From: Tannerellaceae bacterium
GTDB lineage: Bacteria > Bacteroidota > Bacteroidia > Bacteroidales > Tannerellaceae
NCBI GenBank assembly: GCA_032058265.1
Contig: DAMCDT010000001.1
Span: forward strand, 507-36,123
Length of the DNA: 35,617 bases
Direction of reading: 5' to 3'
This document shows, in pieces, positions 9,601 through 17,967 of this stretch. The translations under genes were made by a program, and so were the position numbers. The notes beneath the pieces were generated by a model. That model had not been told where the DNA came from and searched no databases. It saw only the letters and a list, made by a program, of their open reading frames with translations. Numbering within the stretch: position 1 is the first letter of the stretch; every line of letters starts with the position of its first letter.

Positions 9601-11284
9601 TGCTGTTAAGTGTGGCTTTTGCCTGATGATCATACAAAGATGCTGTTAGTGATACATTGGAAAGGGCCAGCGAATCATATTGAATATCCATTATCTCACC
9701 CTTGACGGATGTCCAGGTAGAATCAGCAAAGAAATCGAAACCTCTTCCTTCGGCTTCAAGAGACGCATTTACTAACATAAATGAATCCATCGGCATAAAA
9801 TGAATTGGTTCCAGGTTGTTTATATTTACAGAAGCATTATATGTTTGGTAATACGAATGAAAACGCCCTGCCAGCAAAACATTTGCTTCGCTTTCCCTTA
9901 ACGATAATTGCGCCTGATATTCCCTGTTGTTTAATGATACGTCTCCATCCAGTTGTAAAGGTGGAATACGGAATTGTGACCTCTGTTCAGGGGGAAGATA
10001 AGCTAATACAAAATTCATATTATTCGTCCGGGCCTTCAATTGGATATTAGCCGAGCGACGTATGCTATCCATCAGTTCACCTGCAGTACCTGTCGCACTA
10101 ATGCTGAAAGCATTCGGTAATTCAACTTTCAGTTCCTGGATTGTCATTGCCTTTAAATTCCCCTCAGCTTGTGCGGTAATATTTAAAGCAACCAAAGGAT
10201 ATGCCCTCCTGAAATCAGCAGGCAGATCAGGTACAAAAGTAAATATATCATCTTTTCCGATAGAGGCAGATAATAGCGCCTGTAGCGTTCCGTCCGATTG
10301 GTCTTCAATTACACTCCAGGGAACATTCGCGGTTAAGTTGATCCCCGAATGAGGCGTTTCTAATTTCAGTTCAGGAATCGATATATTAATATTGTCACTG
10401 TTTACCTTTCCCTCCAATGATGAAACGATCAATCCGGAACGTTCTTCCGCGGAGAAAGAACGGATATCCACTTGTATCTCCTTATCTTGATAAACAATTG
10501 AACGTATATCTGTATTCAGGTTATTTAATGCGATATGAGCCGGATCGAATCCTGTTACCGGTTGATTATCATCCGCGTCATAGTTCAGTACCGTATTGTC
10601 AAGGTTAAAATTACCTACCGTATATCTGGATATCCCTAAATCAACCAATCCGTCCCTTAGTCCGGCTTTATTGATATAGGTGCTTAAGCGCAATGAATCT
10701 TCCGGCATTTGTAAAGCAAAACAGATGTGATCGAGTTTAATGGAACCAAGCTTTATTTTCCAGTTAAGAGGTGTTGAAGTAGTATCTTCTTTCTCTGAAA
10801 TGGAATCTATACGTAACGTAATGGCAGCTCCGGTCAGATCCAGATAATTAAGTGTTGCTTCTTCATTCGATAAACCAATGTGATCCGCCTGTGCCGACAA
10901 TTCATCAATCGTACCTTTCACGAGCATCCCCTCCATAAAGTTCCCTGTATTTACCCGTGCATCTTTTAGATGGAGAGAATTAACGGAAACAACTTTCCTG
11001 ATCAATGGTACCGGATTAACCCTTACGGATATTTCGTGTAACGTAATTAAAGTATCTGAAGGTTCGGTTATTACCTGAATACCGTTCACAGTAATATTTA
11101 AAGGAAAGGTTAGACGTATCCGTTCAATACCGATATCCATTCCGGTAGCCTCGCTGGCATAACCGGTAGCCTTTCTCAATACAAAGTTCTGGAAAGGGGG
11201 TATGTATAAAAGGATCGAGAGTAGCAATATCAATACTATTGGTATCAGTATTATAATTCCAATCCATTTCAACCATTTCCTCAT
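6620..11284 (-). CDS. tamB: Translocation and assembly module TamB (AsmA-like N-terminus, DUF490 C-terminus)
   Basis: N-terminal TM anchor (..LLYIPPFQN), 1554-aa beta-rich body, C-terminal NPLLNVRA..FSKRFYNDR..SVEYRLD..ETGAGIVFRKK. Adjacent to an Omp85 gene. Confidence 0.9.
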   Translation of the reverse strand: MRKWLKWIGIIILIPIVLILLLSILLYIPPFQNFVLRKATGYASEATGMDIGIERIRLTFPLNITVNGIQVITEPSDTLITLHEISVRVNPVPLIRKVVSVNSLHLKDARVNTGNFMEGMLVKGTIDELSAQADHIGLSNEEATLNYLDLTGAAITLRIDSISEKEDTTSTPLNWKIKLGSIKLDHICFALQMPEDSLRLSTYINKAGLRDGLVDLGISRYTVGNFNLDNTVLNYDADDNQPVTGFDPAHIALNNLNTDIRSIVYQDKEIQVDIRSFSAEERSGLIVSSLEGKVNSDNINISIPELKLETPHSGINLTANVPWSVIEDQSDGTLQALLSASIGKDDIFTFVPDLPADFRRAYPLVALNITAQAEGNLKAMTIQELKVELPNAFSISATGTAGELMDSIRRSANIQLKARTNNMNFVLAYLPPEQRSQFRIPPLQLDGDVSLNNREYQAQLSLRESEANVLLAGRFHSYYQTYNASVNINNLEPIHFMPMDSFMLVNASLEAEGRGFDFFADSTWTSVKGEIMDIQYDSLALSNVSLTASLYDHQAKATLNSNDSLLLVDVTVDGTIRQDDVQAMVIIDAEKIDLYGLHLMDSTFHTSFQLFAEGSSDLKQTNKVDVSLGNWEIVTRQKVYQPKLLTLYARTTPDTSRVSLHSGDLSVVLTGNAGLDTMMNKVSAFTAGLNQQLEVDSSLNIASLRPLLPNMNLAVSAGRDNPVYNFLQPYYIGFSQFSVLASTSPEEGIQMDAGIYSLYRDTFLIDTVRATIRPDTAGLLYTADVYKKKYRQQVPFTAHVHGTIESRYADAEVTYLNQNNEVGLLLGVSAQKDTAGFVFRLFPEEPIIAFNQFTLNQDNYLRLRSIKDIDADIRLRGNENASLWFHSVDNGDTFPELHVELSQINLDTVTTGFPQLPSMKGMLSADIRYAPTEESMLLVADANIDDLYYEEGRIGEIMLNAVYLPLENSEHQVDAHISRDQNEFITANALYKANEQENIQGQLDIIQLPLNMLSPFTGGMADLSGAINGSMAIAGSTSVPRLNGYIDLDTADVYISMADTRLQMDEKRIEVNNSLITFDNYSILSTGSNPFVIDGNIDVANFSRIMTDLRLSANNMQLLDAQRTGESIVYGKLFVNLSSTVRGPLNALAIRGDLQVLGGTDVTYVMTESALTVQDRLKDLVTFTSFTDTLTRMRRQQEALPLGGIDMLMVIHIDPVVQLRVDLTPDQSNYAEITGGGDLSFQYTPQGDMVLNGRYTFSEGVINYSLPVIPLKEFNIQEDSYVQWDGEVLNPLLNVRATERMRVSAKTAGSSTPQMVNFDVGIDVRDRLDNMQLEFTISAPENMAIENELASMGPEERSKQAVAMMITGSYLYGGGTGDGMNLSATDALNSFLNSEINNIAGDALKTIDISFGMDTYDDASGSQRRDFSFRFSKRFYNDRIRVVIGGKVSTGEEVTQSEQTFLDNVSVEYRLDPAGTKNVKVFHDINYESLLEGQVRETGAGIVFRKKVRRLRELFDFRKKKVEPVDDEEETEEAPTPTETQENVENEQQTSNNE

Positions 11285-11343
11285 GCTTACTCTTTTATAT
11301 CAATCTATTATTTTATTGGTTTTTTTATCTCACTTTTATTCAT

Positions 11344-11369
11344 AACGCTTTTTTTATGCATTTTGTTTC
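11344..11369 (-). promoter_or_regulatory. Candidate ECF-sigma promoter for tamB-tamL
   Basis: Minus strand reads GAAAC-N17-CGTT, about 60 bp upstream of the tamB ATG. This matches the general ECF AAC/CGT architecture. Confidence 0.4.
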
Positions 11370-11427
11370 GTTTATAAATAAAAAAAGACAGTCAACCCAC
11401 AGGGGAATATATAATATTTATCACAAT

Positions 11428-11465
11428 AAAAGAAAGGGACGGATTAAATATAACCCATCCCTTTT
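11428..11465 (-). terminator. Rho-independent terminator of the DUF3836-like gene
   Basis: Minus-strand RNA GGGAUGGGUUA-UAUU-UAAUCCGUCCC followed by UUUCUUUU, about 30 bp after the stop codon. Confidence 0.75.
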
Positions 11466-11496
11466 CGAGCATCTTTATAAAAGTGTGTTTATGAAG

Positions 11497-12012
11497 TTAT
11501 CTCTGGGTTAAAGATGCTATATTATTATCCAGATTGAAATATTCTTTAATGGTCCAGTTGGCATCTACATTCTCTTTTTCGTAACGGCTGTATGAAGTTA
11601 CCAAGTGGTCTGATAGGGTTTGATAAACCGCTTTACTTATTGGCTCGTCGAATGTTTCTGTTTCTTGATTCCAAACAGCATACTTAATAGTTGTGGTATG
11701 CGTTAATTCGTCATATTCGTAATTCATTTTGTTAGCTACCTCCCATGATCCGGTATTCTTATCCCAGCGATAAGTGATACGGCTCTCCATCATTTCATTA
11801 TCCGTGTAGGTATATTTATACAGGATATGTTGATCGTATAGACCTGTATTTTCATTTAATTTACAGATACTTTTTGTTATAACTTTGCCATTCTCCATTT
11901 TCGTATTATAAAGATACTCTGAAGATATTTGCTTTTGTGCATTTACATTTATTGCTATTGTTGATAACAATGCTACTACTAATACTGCTAAATTTAAAAC
12001 TGACTTTCTCAT
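11497..12012 (-). CDS. Secreted DUF3836-like protein
   Basis: Signal peptide (..NVNA-Q), YLYNTKMENGKVITK, then two Y-x-Y..W-(D/N)-x4-(W/F) repeats as in Bacteroides DUF3836 proteins. Confidence 0.7.
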   Translation of the reverse strand: MRKSVLNLAVLVVALLSTIAINVNAQKQISSEYLYNTKMENGKVITKSICKLNENTGLYDQHILYKYTYTDNEMMESRITYRWDKNTGSWEVANKMNYEYDELTHTTTIKYAVWNQETETFDEPISKAVYQTLSDHLVTSYSRYEKENVDANWTIKEYFNLDNNIASLTQR

Positions 12013-12152
12013 GACTTTTAATTTTAATTGTTATTATAATTTCTTTCTTTTTGGATATACCAATGGCTATCCGGATTGATTTATTATCTGGCTATCAATT
12101 ACTTATTAATAATATTTTTTATTGAACTTTTATGAACTGTTTCTGTATATAA

Positions 12153-12179
12153 GACGAGACTATTTTCTGAAACGTTACA
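12153..12179 (-). promoter_or_regulatory. Candidate ECF-sigma promoter for the DUF3836-like gene
   Basis: Minus strand reads TGTAAC-N17-CGTC(TTATA). Confidence 0.55.
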
Positions 12180-12202
12180 TATTTTGACTATTTTTTTTTC
12201 AA

Positions 12203-12508
12203 TTATTTCAAATAATGCCTCGTAATATGTGTGATGGATTCGAATATTTTCTTTTTTGCTTCCTCTATAATCGATCCTGTTACAGGCCCGATATATTCTT
12301 TGGAGACTAAGCCTTGAAATTCCGTGAACGTATTTTTTAATACACCCGTATTTTCCAATATAGTTTTGCTATTTTCCTGAACTGTTTCACTTATGAAATC
12401 CACAAATGTCTTATTATTTACATTCTTAATCGGTAACATAAGTAACAGAGAGATAATTATCACCTTTATAATGTACTTTTTCGTAACTAACTTATTTTTT
12501 GTTTCCAT
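12203..12508 (-). CDS. Small hypothetical protein with an N-terminal membrane anchor
   Basis: Likely start METKNK, hydrophobic stretch VIIISLLLMLPI, then an amphipathic helical tail. Co-oriented with its neighbours. Confidence 0.5.
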   Translation of the reverse strand: METKNKLVTKKYIIKVIIISLLLMLPIKNVNNKTFVDFISETVQENSKTILENTGVLKNTFTEFQGLVSKEYIGPVTGSIIEEAKKKIFESITHITRHYLK

Positions 12509-12678
12509 ATTGATTATTATTAAATTAAAAGACATATTTATGGCTTGCAAGAAATATTATATCCTTGATTATTATTGATTTATATTATTTGATTTGTTGG
12601 ATTATCAATCCGTTTATCGTTTCTTTATTATATTAGTCGCAAGTCATTCAAATAAATCACACTTTCATATTAAAAAAT

Positions 12679-12888
12679 TTAATTTTCCTCTTTATACTCC
12701 AGAATATCAGCCGGTTGGCAATCTAATTCTTTACAAATTGCTTCCAGGGTTGAAAAACGTATGGCCTTTGCTTTACCTGTTTTTAATATCGACAGGTTTG
12801 CAGGAGTGATGTCAATACGTTCCGCCAAATCGCCCAGAGAGATCTTTCGTTTAGCCATCATCACATCTAAATTCACTATAATCGCCAT
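12679..12888 (-). CDS. XRE/Cro-C1 HTH transcriptional regulator (YozG-like)
   Basis: MAIIVNLDVMMAKRK..ITPANLSILKTGKAKAIRFSTLEAIC..CQPADIL is the characteristic YozG-family sequence. Confidence 0.93.
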   Translation of the reverse strand: MAIIVNLDVMMAKRKISLGDLAERIDITPANLSILKTGKAKAIRFSTLEAICKELDCQPADILEYKEEN

Positions 12889-12897
12889 ATTATTCTC

Positions 12898-13512
12898 TTA
12901 AATAGTTAAATCCTGTTCCTCTTTTAACCGCAGTCCGATAGCGAATACTTCAGCAAAAAGAGCAAATATTACGACTACCCATAAAACACCCCATTTTAAT
13001 TGGAAGTCGTCAATTACATACCCGGGAATCATCAATACTTTCTTTGCAGCTATATACCCTATATACGAATTATAATTAACAAATAAGAAGCCTAAGAAAA
13101 GACATAAAGAAAGCAGCCTCATTCGTTTAATATTTTTGTGAGTGAAAATATGGCCTTTCTTAATATCGATTATAAAACGAATAAGACAATTTATACCTGT
13201 TATTGTAGCTACCAAAAGTACCAGGATGAAAAATGCTGAAAAAATCATTGAAGCTGTTGATACTTCAACTGGTGTAACGATACTGGATTTTCTGTATTTA
13301 ACAGCTTCGCTTGATCCGTTATCTGTTGATTCCGGATAACTATAATTTCCAACTGGCGATATATGTATTCTCGCGCTTACATAATGTTCTTTGGAGTCGT
13401 CGGAGTTGTCGTTTAAACCATCCTTTCCTCCTCTAAATCCATGCCAAAGATTTATGCAAAGAAGAAGTGACATGCAAAGGCAAATAATATTAATTCTTTT
13501 CTTTTCCATCAT
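12898..13512 (-). CDS. DUF2975-family membrane protein
   Basis: Several TM segments, IF..KNIKRMR motif and C-terminal EVFAIGLRLKEEQDLTI. Sits in the usual position upstream of a YozG-type regulator. Confidence 0.87.
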   Translation of the reverse strand: MMEKKRINIICLCMSLLLCINLWHGFRGGKDGLNDNSDDSKEHYVSARIHISPVGNYSYPESTDNGSSEAVKYRKSSIVTPVEVSTASMIFSAFFILVLLVATITGINCLIRFIIDIKKGHIFTHKNIKRMRLLSLCLFLGFLFVNYNSYIGYIAAKKVLMIPGYVIDDFQLKWGVLWVVVIFALFAEVFAIGLRLKEEQDLTI

Positions 13513-13519
13513 ATTTTAT

Positions 13520-14011
13520 TTAGATAGTTAATTCCTGTTCTTCCTGTAAACGTAATCCTACTGCAAAAACTTCACCAATAATCAGAATAAATAAAGTTGC
13601 AATTAATGCCGAGTAATCGGCAACATTTCCCGTATATACTTCAAAAGGATTATTTTTAGTGGTTTCAAGAATATAATAATCTATATAGTTAACTCCTGTT
13701 GAGAAAATGAAATGTAGAAATAAGGTAAACGACAATCCTCGGAATAAACGCACATTCTTCCAGTCGAAAACAATCGTTTTATGGATATTTTTTATAATGA
13801 GTATAAACACAATAAGTGAAATTAGTAGTACATTCATATCAATTGCCCAAAAGCACATCTTTGTTACCCACCAACCTGAAGAAGAAACTTCACTATAAGC
13901 ACCTTTACCTAAGTTATAGCATTCCGTGATTCTATCTGTTACATTAAATACTAACAGAATAGCACATATAAATATAAGAAGTGAACAATATGTATCTAAC
14001 CGCTTTTTCAT
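13520..14011 (-). CDS. DUF2975-family membrane protein (second paralog)
   Basis: Four TM segments, VFDWKNVRLFR and C-terminal EVFAVGLRLQEEQELTI. Confidence 0.87.
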   Translation of the reverse strand: MKKRLDTYCSLLIFICAILLVFNVTDRITECYNLGKGAYSEVSSSGWWVTKMCFWAIDMNVLLISLIVFILIIKNIHKTIVFDWKNVRLFRGLSFTLFLHFIFSTGVNYIDYYILETTKNNPFEVYTGNVADYSALIATLFILIIGEVFAVGLRLQEEQELTI

Positions 14012-14025
14012 TTTATCTTTCTATT

Positions 14026-14131
14026 CGTTAATCATGAATAATTTATTGTTTATCGATATGCAAATAAAAATACTTTTTTTGAAACCACCAAATATTTTTA
14101 TCGAAAAACAATAAAAAAATTATGATTAACG
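14026..14131. promoter_or_regulatory. 33-bp imperfect inverted repeat (likely XRE operators) flanking the DUF2975 operon promoter
   Basis: 14026-14058 matches the reverse complement of 14099-14131 at 28/33 positions. The 40-bp spacer holds minus-strand TTTG-N20-TTTATTTG, one mismatch from TAnnTTTG. Confidence 0.7.
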
Positions 14132-14176
14132 GTATTTTATTCTTCAAAACGCCATCCTAATGTAATTCATAACGCC

Positions 14177-14295
14177 TATCTTCACCTTCCACTAACGCAT
14201 TCAAAACCCTTTCCGGAAGCTACTTTAGGCGTGGAAGATGATCTTCCACGAATTACCCATTTATATACAGTCATTTAGCCTCAAAGTTGAAGATA
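14177..14295. repeat. Nested palindromic element
   Basis: Perfect palindrome CGTGGAAGAT-G-ATCTTCCACG (14230-14250) lies inside an outer inverted repeat TATCTTCACCTT / AAGTTGAAGATA (11/12 match). Confidence 0.55.
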
Positions 14296-14375
14296 AGATA
14301 CAATCGGAAGAACATTGTTTTGTACGCAATAGCTATCTTTTTCTACTAATCGTATTCAATAGTCGTTATTTTTAC

Positions 14376-14383
14376 TATTTTTG
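14376..14383 (+). promoter_or_regulatory. Candidate Bacteroidetes -7 promoter element for the surface protein gene
   Basis: TATTTTTG (TAnnTTTG) about 85 bp upstream of ATG 14468. No clear -33 TTTG. Confidence 0.4.
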
Positions 14384-14467
14384 AGCAAAATTCATTTTTC
14401 TATTTGTCGGATATTTAATACTTCAATTAGAAAGTGTATATAAAAACTAACTCTCTATTTAACTGTT

Positions 14468-17400
14468 ATGAAAACAAAAGACTATTTTGCTATTTGGAGG
14501 CATAGAGCGCCCCTTATTATTTCCCTCTTTATTATTTTTGTTGCAAATTCGGTTTATTCACAAACGAATTGGAGTGATCTGGCTGATACTACATGGCCAG
14601 TTGGTTATGTGGACAATACAAGTGCACAAACTTTTGAAATAACAACACCTGAGCAGTTGGCTCAGTTAGCTGTTATGGTAAACCATCCATCAAATCCCAA
14701 GACATTTGAAGGCAAAACAGTTGTTCTGAAAAATTCTATAAATTTGGGTGGGTATAACTGGATACCTATAGGGTATAATTCAGGTGGTAATTCGTTTCTA
14801 GGTACTTTCCTGGGTGAAAATAATGAAATTAAAAATCTGACAATAAAAGGAAATGATCCTTCTTTTACTAACCCTTCAGGGAGTTGTGCTCTTTTCGGGC
14901 ATATAAAAGACAATGCCAGAATTGAGGATGTCGTTCTTAAAAATGTAGATATAAAAGGCAAAGATGATGCTAATTCTGAAACAGCCGCTTTGGTAGCATA
15001 TATCCAAAATTATCAAAGCGGAATAACTGTAATTAAGAATTGTCATGTATTAAGCGGGAATATCGAAGGCGGAAAAGGAACAGTGGATTTTTCCGTAACG
15101 GGAGGACTTATCGGAGAAATCAGCGGACAGGTTGGAATTGAATCTTGCAGTAACGGCGCACATATAAAGGGATGGGAAGGAGTAATGTCTCTTACAGGAG
15201 GAATTGCCGGAAGCGCGTCACTCTATGAAGCAAGTTCTATTTCGTCATGTGTAAATAAAGGTAACATTACAGGAGGATATTTTAGTGAAGAATCCTATAC
15301 CGGCGGAATTGTAGGCTTTATAGAAAATAATGACTTGGCAAACTTTAAGCTGCAGAATTGTTTCAGTTCTGGTAATATTACTGCGGGCTCGAATATCACC
15401 GATGGTAATGCGATAGGCGGTATAATCGGATCGCTTAATGACGAAGGAAATACTTCTTTCGTTAGAAATTGCTATGTTGCTGGAAATATAAACGGAGGTG
15501 ATTATACTGGAGGTATAATTGGAAGTATGGGGAGTTCAGGCACTGGACTTGTATTAGAAAATTGTTTGGCGATGTCAACGAATTTGTCAGGAGACGGAGA
15601 TATACACCGTATCGTTGCTTTAAATGGAGACAACACAGCTACATTCGCTGCAGGAAATCTACAGAATAATTATGCCTTGGATATCCCCCATCCGACACAA
15701 GGAAGCTGGGTAGATAACCCAACCGGATTGGATGGCGCTAATTGGAACATTCCGACAGGTACATGGAATTCTCCGGTCAGTAGTTGGGAATTTAGTACAG
15801 ATAATTCTAAACCATGGTTACAGGAAACTACTTTAAATTACTTGCCTATTCTTTCTACAATCCCTGCAGCGTATCAACAACGTACAGTGATAGCATTTAG
15901 CGGTTTGGGAACTGAAAGTTCTCCATTTATTATTAAGACACGGGCAGATCTTGAAATTCTTGCAAGTTCGGTAAATAATGGGAATACATTCGATAATATT
16001 CACTTTAGCTTTGAGCCTTCAGGAGATATTTTAGATATGGGATCAACCAGCTTTGTTCCGATAGGGAAGTATCGGGATGATTCTACTTCTGATTGTGCTT
16101 TTCAGGGAGTTTTTCATGGAAATAATAAAACGATCACTAAATTAAAGGTTGATGGAAGTGATGCTTCTGTAGAATCATTTGCCATCGGGCTTTTTGGTTA
16201 TTTGGGAGGAAATGCTAAGATTGAGAATCTTACCTTGTCAGATATTAATATTCAAGGAAGTGATGTCTCCCCATCCTTATATCACCGTTATTATTCCGGA
16301 GGGTTAGTTGGTTTCGCTCAGAATGATGGCACCAATACCATACAAATTACGAATTGCCATATTGCAAGCGGAGATGTCAAAGGGGGTAAAACGCCTTATA
16401 CTTCGGTTGTAGGAGGATTAATCGGCAAGTTAGAAGGTTTGTTTTCAGTAACCTATTCAAGCAATTCTTCCTCGGTAACTGGAAACGAAACTTATGATCC
16501 GTATTCAGGAGGTTTAATCGGGGCTGTCTCACCTGATAATGTAACGACATCAATTATTTCTGATTGTTACAATCAGGGAAACATTACTGATGGAGATGGT
16601 CAAAGCGATACAATGACTGGAGGTATTTTAGGGTTAGTGAGTAATGATAATACAAATTGTATGCTTTCCATCCGTAACTGTTATAATGACGGGGCGATTA
16701 TATCTACTACATCATCGAATGATAATTTTATTGGTGGATTGGTCGGATGTTTAAGTATGTCTGATAAACTCACAATTGATAATTGTTATGCGGCAGGAAG
16801 CATTGAAGCCTTACAAACAGTAAACCCTCCTTTTGTAGGAGGTATAGTTGGCTTGATGGATGAATTGACTAAAGTGAGCAACTGTTTGGCTATTCAAACA
16901 AATATAAATGCTTCCGGTGATATGATACACCGAATCGTCGGATTATTTGATAATGGAATTCTTACTGGTAATTATGCATACATTCCAGGCATGGAAGGTA
17001 CTGGCAGTACTTATTTACATAATAATGTGGATGGTGCTGATTGGACAGGCAAGATGAATGAGGCACCGATTACTTTATGGGATCAAACAAATACCTGGAT
17101 TATTGATGATACAGAGCAAATTATGCCTAAGATTCAGGGATTTGATCAGGTTATACAGACGGACATTCCTAATCCATTGGCAGGGCTTTATCATACGGTT
17201 ACATTTAATTCACAAGGCGGAACGACAGTAGCACCCATTACAACAGCTGCCGGTTCTGTTATTGATGCACCGGCAGTACCAACACGGACAAATTATACAT
17301 TCAGTGGATGGTATAAAGAACCTGCATGTATAAACGTATGGACATTTGGCACTGGTGGCGACCTTGTTACACAAGATACTGTTCTTTATGCAAAATGGAT

Positions 17401-17902
17401 AGAACAGACACCACCTGAACCTGTTTATTATTCAATAACCATACCACAAGTCGAAGGTATAATTATTACTCCGGGACCAGGAACATACCAGGTAAAGAGT
17501 GAAGATCAGAATTTCCTGAACATTACACCTTTGGATGGATTTTCAATTGAAAATATGCAAGTGTATGTAAATGGCACTTTGTTATCCCTGTGGGATACTA
17601 TTGGTGAAACCTATTATTATGATTTAGGCTACATCAATGAAGATACGGACATTACAATTATTGGCGTTGAAGAAAAAAACACAACAGGAATAACTGATAC
17701 CGACAATCCAAATCGTATTTATACAGAAGCAGGTAACTTGCTCATTGAAACAGACCAAATACGTAAAGTCCGTATTTATACGATAGGAGGATTACTATAT
17801 AAAGATTTCAATATAGCCCAAGGCATAAATACGATACCTATGCCTGATGGAATTTATTTAGTAGTGATTGATGAAAAAGTCAAAAAAGTAGTTATAAAAT
17901 AA
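14468..17902 (+). CDS. Large secreted surface protein: two GLUG-type beta-solenoid modules, an InlB-B/Flg_new repeat and a T9SS-type CTD
   Basis: Signal peptide (..VYS-Q), repeated GG(L/I)(V/I)G..NCY..G.I motifs, VTFNSQGG..PTRTNYTFSGWY..LYAKW, and C-terminal IYTIGG..GIYLVVIDEKVKKVVIK. Confidence 0.85.
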   Translation: MKTKDYFAIWRHRAPLIISLFIIFVANSVYSQTNWSDLADTTWPVGYVDNTSAQTFEITTPEQLAQLAVMVNHPSNPKTFEGKTVVLKNSINLGGYNWIPIGYNSGGNSFLGTFLGENNEIKNLTIKGNDPSFTNPSGSCALFGHIKDNARIEDVVLKNVDIKGKDDANSETAALVAYIQNYQSGITVIKNCHVLSGNIEGGKGTVDFSVTGGLIGEISGQVGIESCSNGAHIKGWEGVMSLTGGIAGSASLYEASSISSCVNKGNITGGYFSEESYTGGIVGFIENNDLANFKLQNCFSSGNITAGSNITDGNAIGGIIGSLNDEGNTSFVRNCYVAGNINGGDYTGGIIGSMGSSGTGLVLENCLAMSTNLSGDGDIHRIVALNGDNTATFAAGNLQNNYALDIPHPTQGSWVDNPTGLDGANWNIPTGTWNSPVSSWEFSTDNSKPWLQETTLNYLPILSTIPAAYQQRTVIAFSGLGTESSPFIIKTRADLEILASSVNNGNTFDNIHFSFEPSGDILDMGSTSFVPIGKYRDDSTSDCAFQGVFHGNNKTITKLKVDGSDASVESFAIGLFGYLGGNAKIENLTLSDINIQGSDVSPSLYHRYYSGGLVGFAQNDGTNTIQITNCHIASGDVKGGKTPYTSVVGGLIGKLEGLFSVTYSSNSSSVTGNETYDPYSGGLIGAVSPDNVTTSIISDCYNQGNITDGDGQSDTMTGGILGLVSNDNTNCMLSIRNCYNDGAIISTTSSNDNFIGGLVGCLSMSDKLTIDNCYAAGSIEALQTVNPPFVGGIVGLMDELTKVSNCLAIQTNINASGDMIHRIVGLFDNGILTGNYAYIPGMEGTGSTYLHNNVDGADWTGKMNEAPITLWDQTNTWIIDDTEQIMPKIQGFDQVIQTDIPNPLAGLYHTVTFNSQGGTTVAPITTAAGSVIDAPAVPTRTNYTFSGWYKEPACINVWTFGTGGDLVTQDTVLYAKWIEQTPPEPVYYSITIPQVEGIIITPGPGTYQVKSEDQNFLNITPLDGFSIENMQVYVNGTLLSLWDTIGETYYYDLGYINEDTDITIIGVEEKNTTGITDTDNPNRIYTEAGNLLIETDQIRKVRIYTIGGLLYKDFNIAQGINTIPMPDGIYLVVIDEKVKKVVIK

Positions 17903-17910
17903 ACATTAAT

Positions 17911-17945
17911 AAAAAAGCCGGTAATCAAATTGATTCCGGCTTTTT
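17911..17945. terminator. Bidirectional rho-independent terminator
   Basis: AAAAAA-GCCGG(T)AATCAA-A-TTGATT-CCGGC-TTTTT between the convergent surface protein gene and rpsO. Confidence 0.85.
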
Positions 17946-17967
17946 AGCTTCCTTAGAAGTAGATATT

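Noticed and set aside
12093..12105. IHF-like site TATCAATTACTTA and nearby TTGATT runs
   Set aside because: Such matches are expected by chance in very AT-rich DNA, and there is no recombinase or att context.
11300..17960. AT-rich block as a mobile genomic island
   Set aside because: It looks AT-richer by eye, but I found no integrase, transposase, tRNA or flanking direct repeats.
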